Numbered from the whole stretch's first letter, positions 11,787 to 24,290 are shown. The stretch: 63,946 bases of DNA, filler included, from Reticulomyxa filosa (GCA_000512085.1; 19 parts of 19 records of this genome joined end to end with filler, not necessarily neighbours in it), one strand, 5' to 3'. Numbers and translations are program-made. The notes: generated by a model from the sequence alone, not told the origin.

Positions 11787-14017
11787 ATGCGATTCGCGTC
11801 CACAGCATCACGCATTGAAATCCCCACATGAACATGTACAACGCCGTGAAGGACGTATTCCGCTCCTCCAAGATCGTGCCGCACGTAAAGTTCCCACTTT
11901 TCGCGCATGCTTGCGCCTCGTGTATGGACACGTGGGTCTCGTAGGCATGAGTCGAAAAGAACCGCATAGAAAACAGGCCGATCCATAACACCACAATGCC
12001 CATGTCCCAATAATTGATCCAATTGGCAAAGTAGTGACGTCCTTCAATCACAAACTGGATGGTGTGGAAAGCAATGAATGCCAGATTCATAATCCAAAGT
12101 CCGTATTCCATAAACGTAACTGTCATGTAAGGGTAGATTTGGAAATACGTCACCCACGACACATATGCGACATAAAGGCAATACAAAAAACACCGAGTCA
12201 GATACTTGCCCAAAGGACTGAAATAAAATTTGTTTGGAGTCAGTGCCAGACAACGCAGGATTTGGAAGTGGCTTTTCTCCGTTTGGATGAATGCTCTTTC
12301 GGATCCAAGTACTCAAACTCATACCACATTTGCAACATCAGTGGAGATAGGCGCTGAAAGTCCAGAAATGTGTCCAAATTGAAACGAATTGCTATGTCAT
12401 ACATTGACATTGTATCGATATCGCAAGGAATCTCTAACGCCATTGCTAACAAATAATCGCTATCGATATTTGACAACAAGTCTGTGGATATCTATCTTTC
12501 GTTTATCCAATTTACCAAACCACCACCCCCACCCCCATTCCCAAAAGAAAATTGTTGTTGTTATACCCATACACATTGCGCACATGCACTCATACATGCA
12601 CAGTTAAAATGTATTAACTTTAATGTACTTTTCACTAATTAAGCGAAACGCTTCTTCTTTTTTCAAATCACTTTGTGCTCGTTCTTTCATAATCGCGGCT
12701 AGATATAACGAGATTGCCTCGGGAAATTCACTCGTTTCAATGATGGATTGACATAACTCGTCAAAGGACTTGAGTTGCAATTTACTTAAGCGCTCACGAT
12801 TCTCTTCCAGCAATCTCACGGCAATCGGCGTTGGCAATTGATTTGCCAGATAGATCAAACAATCCCATACGCTGTCGCGATCTTTCAGAACCAACTGATA
12901 CACGCAAAAGTACCACAAGGATTTGCCATAGGTGAACGCGTCCAAGTCGTGAAGCAGTTTCGGAATCAGCGGCTTCGTACGCATGCGAGAGATCATCAAC
13001 ATTCCCTCCGGTGGTGGAGACCCGCTTGCAACCGTCCCATGCAAAGAGGACATACTTCGTTCCAACAGCGTTCCCAAACCTGTTCCTAACAAGTTCCTGT
13101 TCCTGTTCCGGGCATGTTCCCTACGGTGTTAACAGGTGTGTTTGAATTATTGTTTCGAGATTTTTGGATTTGTGATTGCAATTGTGATTGCTGCTGCAGT
13201 GGAGCGATATTGTTAGTAATATCTCTGTTTTGAGAGTCGACAGGCACATTGGCATAATCAAAGCCTTTCAATTTGTAGTTTCTTCGAAACTGCTCGTATC
13301 GAGAGATATGCAAGGCGGTAACCTTTCGCTCACGATTGAATTTGAGTGCGTTGGCCTTGTCAAACTCGGTTTGGTCGAGTTTGAAAAACTTGCGAAACAT
13401 GACTTTGGTGACAATGCTTTCCTCCTTTTTCTGCGGCAGCGTTGGGAGTGGAAGCGACTTGAACTGCGTCAAACCCAACACCGTTTCTCGTACTTTCAGC
13501 AGTTCGTAGATTTGTTCCTCCAAGGTTTCGGGGGGTTTATATTCCGCTATTATTTTGCGAACCTCGGCATAAAATACAAATAAGCGAATGACTTCTTTCA
13601 ATTTGCGTAGTCTCTTTTTTTTTTTAAAAAATGTACGTGTATGTGTATATAATTTTTTTAATGTATATCCAAAAAAAAAAATGTACGAACAGTGCATTCT
13701 TCATCGTGGAACACAAATTGCGCTTGGGCAGACGGCACAAAGAACACAGGGTGCTGTTGTGTCGAATACAAAGGGACGCGACGTCCACAGCCTGTGCAAA
13801 GATACTTCTTCTTATTGAGCTCTTTCATCAACTCGGGCATGGTCAAATTGCCACGGTGTTGAAATTGAAATCCGCTCAGCCATTCCATCGGCAACGAGAC
13901 GTTCGCTGTCTTCCTTTTGTCCCCGTTGTCATCTCCGCGAATCGTTGTCGCTGTCACCAAGCTGTCCAAACCCATTGGCTCCATTAATCCCAAGTCACTT
14001 GCAATTTCAAACGACTG
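11787..14017 (-). CDS. TRP-family cation channel, internal fragment (TRPC/TRPM-like linker helices, pre-S1, S1-S4); two single-base frameshifts
   Basis: LAAIMKERAQSD..EEAFRLISEKYIKISTDLLSN...DIAIRFNLDTFL...LMLQMW follows the group-1 TRP linker-helix/pre-S1 pattern. FYFSPLGKY precedes S1; YFANWINYWDM marks S3; VMLWTRI marks S4. Restoring one base near 13092 and one near 12290 gives a continuous frame. Confidence 0.68.
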
Positions 14018-14147
14018 CTGGGGTTAACGTTTTTTTTTTTTTTTTTTNNNNNNNNNNNNNNNNNNNNNNNNNNNNNNNNNNNNNNNNNNNNTTAATTAAT
14101 TAANNNNNNNNNNNNNNNNNNNNNNNNNNNNNNNNNNNNNNNNNNNN

Positions 14148-14936
14148 ACAACAGACAGCTCTTTCATGTCCATTGAAAACATGTAATGATTTTGATGTTT
14201 CAACATCCCATAAATAAATTTTGTAGTCATATGATCCAGAACATAAATATCTACCACCATTAAATGGTGAAAATTCAATACCATTAACACCATAAGCATA
14301 TCCATCGAATATTTGTAATTGCTTATTATGTTTGAAATCCCAAAAACGAATGGTTTTGTCCCATGATGAAGAACAAGTGACATTCTGATGATGATTATGA
14401 TAATAATATGATGAAAATTTTACACAATTCACATGCCTTGAATGTCCATTGAATGATCGAATTTGTTTGTTGTTATCAACATCCCATACACGAACTGTGT
14501 TATCATGTGATCCAGAACAAATGAATTGACAATCACCAAATGTTGAATAATCAATACTCCTCACCCAATCAGTATGTCCAATAAATGTATTGATTAATTT
14601 GGATGATGAACGAAATGTATCAAACATAAAGAAAGTAGACATCTATGTTAAATAAACATTTAAATATTTGATTGATATTTTTTAAAAAAGAAAGAGCAAA
14701 TAAACTAACATAGTTGACAACAAGTTTGTCAAACTCATGAACCCATCCTAATCTGACTTGCAATATTCGAATCCAATGTTGTATGATTACTTGAACCCTT
14801 TCTTCTTCAGACTGTTTGAATCACAAATTACATAAAATAAAATAATAAAAAAGGCAACAGACTTTCTGAAAGCTTATGCTAAGCTTACCAACGCTAATTG
14901 TGTTGAAGTTCGCTTCTCATTGCTAAGAGTTGTCAT
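14148..14936 (-). CDS. WD40-repeat protein of an expanded family, 3' truncated
   Basis: Exons MTTLSNEKRTSTQLAL / SEEERVQVIIQHWIRILQVRLGWVHEFDKLVVNY / MSTFFMFDTFRSSSKLINTFIGHTDWVRSIDYS..CSGSHDNTVRVWD; at least three GH...WD repeats; phase-0 introns. Confidence 0.9.
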
Positions 14937-15329
14937 TTTTTTTTTCTAAAGTTCGTTTTTGATGATGTAAAATGGAAGATATTGAACAAAAAAAACAGGA
15001 TTTAACAAACATGTTAGTTTTTTTCCAATGAAGATAATAATTTTTAAAAACTTGTTCAAAACTGAGTATGCACGTATAACACAAATTTTTTTTTCAAAAG
15101 ATTTTCAACAAAAACTTTAAAATCAGCCTTTTAAATTTTTTGTGGTTTTAAAGAATGTTTGAAAACAAAAAAGGAATTTTAGTGTTGAGATAAAAAGTGT
15201 AATTTAACACATCTTTTATATACTTTAAATGTGTATGTTTCTTATTTTTAAATTGATTATTACTTTGAAATAGTTGAATAAGTTGTTGCCTCTTTTTCAA
15301 ATTACTTGTTTTATCACGAACATGGCACT

Positions 15330-15720
15330 GATTTTAAATCATCGGATGATAAAAAAATGTAATTAATAACTCCATTATGTCCTTCTAGTACTTTCATTTG
15401 TTTTTCTAAAAACGCATCCCATATTTGAATAGTGTCGTCATTTGAATGTGAAATAACTTTAGAGCCATCTGATGAAATTTGTATTTATCGCATATCATTG
15501 CAATGCCATTGTAATATTTGAATTGATTTTTGAGTCAATATATCACACAATCAAACTGTCTTATCCTTTGGACAAGACGCAACTGTAGTGCAATCTGGAG
15601 AAAATCTTACCTCAGTTACACCTTTATTTCCTTCGATAAAAACAGCTGATTTTTCAGGTGATATACAGTAGGTTGCAAAGAAAACTGAACGCATAAAACG
15701 ATATCTTATGATGATAATTG
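15330..15720 (-). pseudogene. Decayed WD40-repeat fragment
   Basis: GVTEVRFSPDCTTVASCPKDKTV* and SSDGSKVISHSNDDTIQIWD..MKVLEGHNGV are readable across stops and frameshifts. Confidence 0.7.
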
Positions 15721-15976
15721 ATTTTCTCCATGAAAAATCAGCATTTAAACCTAATTTTTTTTTATTTTAAAAAAATATCTACAAANNNNNNNNNNNNNNN
15801 NNNNNNNNNNNNNNNNNNNNNNNNNNNNNTTAATTAATTAANNNNNNNNNNNNNNNNNNNNNNNNNNNNNNNNNNNNNNNNNNNNTTTGCTCTTGATAAA
15901 GTTGTTTTTGTGAATTGAAAGGATAAATCAGACAACTTTGATCACATCATATTTTGCCACGCAACATAAAAAAAAG

Positions 15977-16677
15977 TTAATCAAGACTCGTCAATGCTGT
16001 TTTCACATTCTTTCCCAACGATATTTGTTTGTGCATGTTCAGCAAAGCAATTTCGTCGCCTGCTTTAGCATGACCGGTTTTCGAAAGAATTACTTCAAAC
16101 GGTTGCAATTTTTTATGATCAAAAGGTTTGACAACAGTAGTCAGCAGTTGGATTGGAGTTTTGATGACACCTTTGAATTGGACTCGAATGTGGTCAAATA
16201 ATTTATATGTTTCCTTTTCTCCACCTTTGATGTAACTTTGATTTTCGAAACTGACTCTTCCACTTCTTTGGAAAACTGCTATTATTTTTTCCCCACGTTC
16301 AAAAAAAAAAAGCCAAAACAAATGAATCAACTGAATGGTTAAAACAAAGCGTTTTTAGTTTCACTTCTTGGCTAATTTCACTTGTGTTTGGCTTAATCGA
16401 AGTGCGAATTAGAACTTACAATATTAGATACAATAATGAAAGTGTGGTCCTTAGATTTACTGACACCACTGGGTACATACACAGAAACAGACACGGTCAT
16501 GGACTCTACTTTAAGTTTATCTAATGTTCACACTTTTTTTTAAGTATTGATCGGAGCATTTGTTGGAGTTGTATTAGGGAGATATTGGTATCTTTACATT
16601 GACAAGACTTTTTTAACAAATGTTGATATTTACCTTTTTGAAATTATTTTTATTGTCGAAGTTTTTTCATTTGCCAT
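15977..16677 (-). pseudogene. Small hypothetical gene with two in-frame nonsense codons
   Basis: Exon 1 MANEKTSTIKIISK splices to RYQYLPNTT...INT*KKV*TLDKLKVES...; the stops are TAA at 16540-16542 and TGA at 16528-16530. A 3' ORF ends at 15977. No family recognised. Confidence 0.35.
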
Positions 16678-19600
16678 TTTTTTTGGACAATGAGAAAATA
16701 AAAAGAGCTTCACACTGGCCAATTTTATAAATATGCGAAAATTCGAATTAATTTTTTTGCACCTTAAAAAAAAATTAAATTTCATTTGGAAAAAAGTGAA
16801 ACAAATGCGAACATTGCCACAATTTAAAAAAAAATCCATTTTCAAATTCCGTTGCACTTTTCGTTCTTTGATTTGCGGTCTATTGAAAAACAAGCAAAAA
16901 GTTTAATAAGAACAAAAAAAAAAGACAAAAAAGAAAAAAAAATAGATCAGACAAAAATTTNNNNNNNNNNNNNNNNNNNNNNNNNNNNNNNNNNNNNNNN
17001 NNNNTTAATTAATTAANNNNNNNNNNNNNNNNNNNNNNNNNNNNNNNNNNNNNNNNNNNNGGTTGAAATCCACCCCGTCTCCGGAAGGAGTAAAAAAAGT
17101 ATGTATATGTTATGTTTATGTTTTTGTATATGTTTTATCAAATAATGTGTTTGTGTTTGTAAAGACATACAAAATAGGAATTTCCCCCTCCAAAGAAAAA
17201 AAAATGTATATATCTTTATTTTTTCCCAACTTCCTTAAAAAAAAATTGCGAAAAGTGTACTTAGCAAGAGAAGAAAGGAGTAATATGGGAATATAGAAAA
17301 TACAGCAAATCACTGAAAGATATTGACATATGCTAATCAAGACTATGCGTTATTTATGGATGAATCTATGGAAATGAATTCAAATGTTATGTGATTACAA
17401 TCACAAAGCAACAATCCGCAGTTCATTCAATTCACTCCAAATCAACAATGCGCGTAATCATCAAATATTAGTCATTTCCATTTGCATATATTTGTGATTA
17501 CGTTATATGTACCATCCACTCCAGATATCAACACACCAAAGATGCATCAAGGCATTTTCAAGATATAATTGATGTTAATTTGGTAGAAAATATTAAAATC
17601 GTGATATATTGCCGTCAAGTAAGATTGTCAGGAAAGCATCATTGATGCGAATACTCTTGAAAGAGATTGAGTTAATAACCTTTGATATTTGTGTCTTTCT
17701 TTCAAGACAATTTGAATTAATTTGTTGTTTATTATGTTTGTTTTTTCGACAACTAGAATATGATAAGTCCACAAATGGTGAAGATAATGGAACCACAGAT
17801 GAAGAAGAAGAAGGAAAGGACAAGCACAAAAATGATGAAACAAATACTGCTGTCTTGGTGATAGTTAGAAATGTCACAAAAATTATAAAGAAAATTTATT
17901 TGTAAACGATGTTCAGAAAATAATAATAATATAGCGATCCTTGGATGATAAACAATACCAATAACAGCGAATAACATCAATGAAAAAGACACAGGAGGAG
18001 ATTGGACGGGGAAACAATATTGTGGATATCATTCATACTCAATCAAACACAGATTGGCTGATCTCTTCCAAGGCGACATTCGGATCAAGAAAGTAATTTT
18101 CATCTTTCTCACAATTCATACACGCTCAATGACATGTCTCGTTCTTATGGTAATACCAATGTTCTCAATGGTCATTCTATTTTACCAAATACACGATCGC
18201 TGTTCATCGTTCTGCGTTGAAGCAATGCCGATCCCCTTGCCTTCGTTTATGTCCAGAGACAAAGGATGGCTCAACACATGATACAATGATCAAAGCATTG
18301 TATTAAATGTGACATAAGCACAAGATCACGAATACTACCTTCCAATTGGTTGCCATTATTATTGGTTTCGTTAGTTGCTGTTTCGTCATGGGCAGTTGAT
18401 ATCATGGCGTAATCCTGGAGTCACAATTATATCAACACACCGCCTCTTTCTTATTCTTCGTTTGTTGCATTTGTTGCTGAAAGGTGCTTTGGATTGTATC
18501 ATCATCATCGTCATCATGAAATGTAATCTGTATTGTAAAGCAAACCAAATTCACGTATTATGGACTTGGAATCACGCAAACAATCCGAAATGAAAGACAA
18601 CATTACGACAATATACAAAATTGTGCAATGCTACTCGTCCAATCCCATTCGATAATGGAATACGATGCAACAAGAACACATTTGGTTCTTTCATATTTAT
18701 TTTTTTCTTTTTAGCCTTATTGTAGTAATTTGTTGTTGTTTTCAATATTGTTATTTTTTAATAATCTTTTTTTGCATTTCTCTCTATTCTCGCAGTTGAA
18801 AATATCTTTTGTCTCCAAGTGTTTCCTTTTTAGCGAGTTCGTTTATGCATTCATTTTTTTTTTATCTCACCAAACTTTTGTAATGAATAATGTTACTTGA
18901 GAAAAAAAAAAAAATAGATCATGTTTTGCTATCTTTTCACTTTTGTTGTTTTCAAAAAGAAAAAGATTATTTGTTTTTAATGTGGCTCAACTGATTGAAA
19001 AATATTGGAGAAAAAAAGAATGAACAATAAGTTAACATAGTTCAAACAACGTATGCAAACATGTAAAAAGATACGCTCATTAAAAAAAAATTTTTAAAGA
19101 AAAGAGGAAAAATGCTATAAGAGACAATGGCATGCTGTGATGTGGCCTCAGTGCCATCAAAGTAGAGTAGGAGCTGATAAGATGGTCCAGGCAGGTGGTT
19201 CTTTGTACAATGAAATTATAAATGCACTGCGTCAGTGCCTTGACAAAAGGTCATGAATGTCATTTGTCCCGATTTCCCGCAGCTGTAAACGATCCATCAC
19301 TTTAAGTTACGTATACTTGTGGATCGAAGCAAGTACTGACGTCAACCCGAAAAATGCATGTTCGGAGTAAACAAGTTTGTTTATGTTCGGGCATGCCATG
19401 CGTCAATGCGCTGTTGTTGTAAGAACACTGCGCGAAATGTGAGTGTGATTACATTCGTCAGCCCTTTCAGCTCATTCTCCATTCACAACTCTTCGCTGTG
19501 TGCATCCATGTTGTGTCCATTTACTGATATCGTCACATACAGTCTTCTGTCGAATAGTTTTGTATTTGGTTACGTCCAATGCAAAGGTTGTTTGATGGGC

Positions 19601-19899
19601 ATGTGTTCATAACGCCAGTCGTTACCAGTACCATCCACACAGACAAAGTACCACACCATAACTCCCACCACAATGACACACCTTTTTTCATCATTTTTTT
19701 TTTTNNNNNNNNNNNNNNNNNNNNNNNNNNNNNNNNNNNNNNNNNNNNTTAATTAATTAANNNNNNNNNNNNNNNNNNNNNNNNNNNNNNNNNNNNNNNN
19801 NNNNATTTTTGTTAATTTAATTTCCTTTTACTGAATTTGCTTTTTGGAGCTAAGTTTCTTTCGTATTACACTTAGTCGTCTCACTGTTCCTACAATGAC

Positions 19900-20153
19900 A
19901 CTATCATACCCGCATCATTGATACGATTTTGTACCCTTTAATGAAAATCTTACACCCTTTATTATTTTTAAGTGCCCTTCCAATACTTTTAGCTCTATGA
20001 AAGATCTAGCCTATTAAGTATTTAAATATATTACCAGGCTGGTTTGGGTCCGCTGTTCTTTTTAGCCATTTCGTCACCAAACCTTTCTTTACTTGTATTT
20101 TCATTAACCTGATTTTCAGACGAAAGCGCTATTTTAGAAGTATTTTCATCCAT
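19900..20153 (-). pseudogene. WD40-repeat gene remnant
   Basis: ARSFIELKVLEGHLKIIKGVRFSLKGYKIVS, then stops; preceded by a short ATG exon (MDENTSKIAL...). Confidence 0.6.
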
Positions 20154-21379
20154 TTCAAAATCAACGCACGAAATTGTTAAGCAATTTTTTTGCACTGAAC
20201 CTTGGAAAACTTAACAGTTTTTGTTTTCAAAAACACAAAAGAGTATGAAACTGATTTTTGAAAGCGATAAATTTCATATTTTTTTCAAATAGGTAATTCC
20301 ACAACAGAAACTAAAAATGAAAATTCGAATAAGTTTCATTTATCTAAATGCTTTGTCTTTTTTGTAGCTTAAAAGTAGTATTATTCCTTAATGAATAAAA
20401 AGAAATGCTCACTTTAATCGATTTAATAAACTATGAAGATTTATCTTTGGAGTTGCCTGGTCTCCCATTTCAAATTGGTTATCTTTCAAATGTTTTAAGT
20501 CAATAACTATATAATTTCTAAGAATAAAATAATCCAAGTAATCATTTGACGCTCTTTTTTTTGTGTAAGCACTTGTTGGAGTAATTTTTTTCGAATATTG
20601 TTTCGAGAGCCCAATTACATTCATTCCATAAGTTTGCGTTAGATATCACGCTACATAACACGACAAACGGAATGCTATCCAATTTTAATTCCTCTTAATA
20701 GTGACAACATGTTTTTCATTGCAGTATGACCAATTAAAATAGTTTGTGAAAAATTGCAATTTGCAGATAATAAACACGATAGCAACGAGTGTTGTCACAA
20801 AAATTGATTCAATAAAAGTATTTGAGATGAATTAAACAAACGGAAAGTCTAATATGAGTTAACATGCCAATCATTTATTTAATCAAAATGGCATGTCCTT
20901 TTTTTAAAACGGTCCAAGGGACTATTGATGCGAATTAACGTTTTTTTTTTGTTTGCATATTTAAATTTACATTTCCCCCTTTTAGCTGTACATCGAAAAG
21001 TTTCAACAAAAAATGCAGAATATCAGAAACAAAAAATTTTTTGTTCAGAGTCTGACATAAACAAAACCAAAAACAAATGTTTAACTTTCCAGTCAAAACA
21101 AAAACTACTTTAAACAAAAAGTCAGCAAGATTTAAAAAAAAGCAAAGCCAAAACAAAATGGAGAGAAAAGACGAATTACAACAGGGGGTCAACAAAACAA
21201 AGCAAACATCATTTTTTTTTTTTTTTTTTAATAAAAAAAAAACTAAACTGTTATAAAATTTTTTTTTTTTTAAAAAAAAGTGAAGCAACTAAAAAAAAAA
21301 AAAGCTTGAAGATTTCAAAACAATAAAGGAAAGGTAAAGAAAGAAAAGAAAACATTACAAAAAAAAAAAAAAAAGGGGG

Positions 21380-21971
21380 TCACAGCATATGATGGCACAT
21401 CTTGACGATATCGTTTAGTTCAGCCTCAGTGACAGCGCCTTTGTCGGCAACTTTGAATGTCTTGCACAGATGTATTTTATGTATGTCCGCGAGGACAGCA
21501 TCGTGAGAATCGACATAGAGCAGATGTTGGTGTTGACACTGACAGGCATTGAGGACGCGAAGCAAGACCGTGTTCAAGCTGACAGGACCACCTTGCCGAA
21601 TGGGATGATCCCAGCCAATAATCCTCGCATGTTTTTGGTGTATCCACGCAGTGTCATGTCTGTCTGTTTCAATGGTATTGGTATGTTGTACTTCGACATG
21701 CACATCAGACACTTTGTCCTTGTGCTTATCTTTATCTTTGTCTTTATCTTTGTCTTTGTCGATATCGATCGAAAGCATATCGGATTGAAAGGATTGCAAC
21801 AATCCGTCGATATTATTGTCAAAGTAGGAATACATATCTAACTGTTTCAATAACTGTATTAATAAATCCGAGTTGCCATTGAACAAGATGAATGGGATAG
21901 CTGGGGAATACGAAGAGTTTATTTCCTCTTCATTATTATTATTATCATCATCATTATTATTATCATCATCA

Positions 21972-22011
<40 letters not shown>

Positions 22012-22376
22012 CATCATCGTCGTCATCATAATAATCATTATCATCATTGTCATTGCCATCGTATTCGGAAGAATGGTAACGACGTGGCTTAATAGTTCTA
22101 CTCGTAACCATTTGAAAGTGACGACGTATCACTTGCACGCGACTGTGTCCTCCCACCGAATATGCGATTTCTTGCACACTCGACTCGAGGATATCCTGCT
22201 TTGTCTTACCACTCATCCAACCTTCTCTTTGGAACACGTTCTCCCAAAAGTACAGAATCACTCTCACTCCGTCGTCTTCGCTGCGCTTGTCGTTTGTCAG
22301 CCGGTTCTCCAGTCGCGGCACGTACGTTGGCATGTCCGTTATCGTCGTCCGCTTCACGTCTTGCTGCTGCTGCTGC
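21380..22376 (-). CDS. HAD-fold-like protein with Asn/Asp and KD low-complexity insertions, 5' truncated
   Basis: Single open frame to the contig edge. VRVILYFWENVF sits where HAD motif I would be (no DxD), FILFNG where motif II would be, and LLYVDSHDAVLADI..LCKTFKV resembles motif IV. Confidence 0.45.
21930..22055. repeat. Trinucleotide (TTA/TCA)n microsatellite encoding poly-Asn/Asp on the minus strand
   Basis: cattattattattatcatcatcattattat... is directly visible. Confidence 0.85.
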
Positions 22377-22476
22377 NNNNNNNNNNNNNNNNNNNNNNNN
22401 NNNNNNNNNNNNNNNNNNNNTTAATTAATTAANNNNNNNNNNNNNNNNNNNNNNNNNNNNNNNNNNNNNNNNNNNN

Positions 22477-22519
<43 letters not shown>

Positions 22520-22607
22520 GTTTATATAAATCTTGTTTATATTGTTCATTTTTTCATTGAACTAAATTAATAACGTATAATAATTAATAATATGATGGGG
22601 GCTGTAG

Positions 22608-24290
22608 ACGTCGCTGTCGTGGAGCCGTGAGGGATGCTGGGTACATAACCAAACGACAAACGAAACCACTTGCATTTGCACTCATTTGACCTCGTTCTTT
22701 GCCGCCATTGCGACAAAGGAAACGAATGTCTATCAATGTGGAAAAAAGGTTAAATCCACTTCCAAGTTTATATTGCAAGCCCCGATATCTTGGAATATCT
22801 TTTCTTTCTTGTACGCCTTTATCTTATTTTATGCGCTTTATCAAATGCGACGAATTCGGAAAACCACCAAATCTTTGGTATTATTATTATTGTTTTTTTT
22901 TTTTTTTTTTTGTTTATTTGATTTGATTTGATTTAATTTGATTTGTTTATTTTTTTTTTATTTAAAAAAGACGGAAAAAAATGAATTGGCGACGTTGCGG
23001 AATTTGTTTCAAATTCATCTGCTAGTTGCGTTCACAGCTCTGTTGTGGTTCGTGGTTTGGTACGCGGCCAGCTTCACCAACGCGGTAAACCTGTTTGTAA
23101 TCACAGTGCTAATTCGCTTCGGTGCCCAATTGATCGTCTTTGTGTTAATGTTGATCGCGTGGACGCAGCCGCTGCAAGTGTTCTTGTTCGGAGCCGGGTC
23201 TCGAAACATCCAGAGGATACGTATCCTTTCTTTCTGGTCCGCTGCGATTCTGTTTTGGCTTGTCTTGATTATTTTATGTATCTTATTTTTGGAAAGAATT
23301 ATTGATAGAGTTGCATGTTAAGTTTACATATCAATGTAAATATAAATAAATATATACATATATATATATATGTATATTTATATTTATATATTTATACGTT
23401 TATTTAATTTATAGTTTGGATAATATATTATGTATACGTAATATATTAAAGTGTACTGGGCTCAATTGATCAGTGCGGCGATCGTTGGAGTAATGTATCT
23501 GTTTACAGGACTTGGAATTGTATTTGTATTGATAACGGTAACGTCAAAATCGGGACAAAAGTTAGGGAATAGTGACAAATCAGCAATTTTTTTGGTGCGC
23601 ACGTCGTCCGGGATAATATGCTTATGCTACGCCGTGGAGGTAATAACTCTGATTGTCGGCATTTTGAAAGATAATCCTTTGACCGATACACAGACGATAG
23701 TGTGGAATGCGTTCTTCATATTAAGTGACATCATCGTATCTATCGCTGTCATTAGCTTGTACAAACCGAGAATCGATAAGGTGTACGCAGAGACTTTGCA
23801 CATCCCCGAATTTTACTCGGGACGAGATGCTTGCTATTGTCCCGAGTTCATTGACTGCTTTGTCCTCTGCGGATGTGCGCGCTGCTGCGCGTGCTGCGCA
23901 CAAACAGACTCGGGCTATCGCAGACCTCGGGATGTTCGATGCTACTCGTGGATCTCTCAAAAAATCCAATCCGATTCTTCGCCGCCGCAATTGAATGCAA
24001 CCATGTCTGTTGATGGAGACACGACCACAAACAAACACGTAGAAGAAGTGCCATCTCCTCAAGCCAAACGTTATCGACTAAGTATTAAAGAAACAGAACA
24101 AGAATTAAACAGACATAGTAGCAATCCTTCTCTTGGAGATACACAAACCAGCCAAATTGCTCAAAGTCAAAAAAAGTTAAAATCATCTGTTAACGAACTC
24201 ACAATTGAAACTAGTGCTCCCAATCACTCGGACTTTAGTGAAAAGAAACAGCCTTTTTATACTGCCGACACTCCACAAGATTCATTTTAA
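22608..24290 (+). CDS. GPS(GAIN)-motif 7-transmembrane receptor-like protein (adhesion-GPCR-like architecture, TOM1/GPR137-like 7TM), 5' truncated
   Basis: After the acceptor at 22606-22607 the frame reads TSLSWSREGCWVHNQTTNETTCICTHLTSFFAAIA (GPS consensus W..GC...T.C.C.HL/T.F). Introns 22878-22970 and 23317-23451 join seven hydrophobic helices and a Cys-rich, Ser/Thr-rich tail ending in TAA at 24288-24290. Confidence 0.8.

Noticed and set aside
17340-19690. Coding-like composition on contig 6 (plus strand 17340-18600, minus strand 19120-19690)
   Set aside because: Probably decayed genes, but stops are frequent and no family motif could be recognised, so no call is made.
19930-20040. KH-domain-like reading NIFKYLIG...GCKIFIKG
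   Set aside because: Another frame gives a clearer WD40 repeat (LEGH..IKGVRFS), so the KH resemblance is coincidental.
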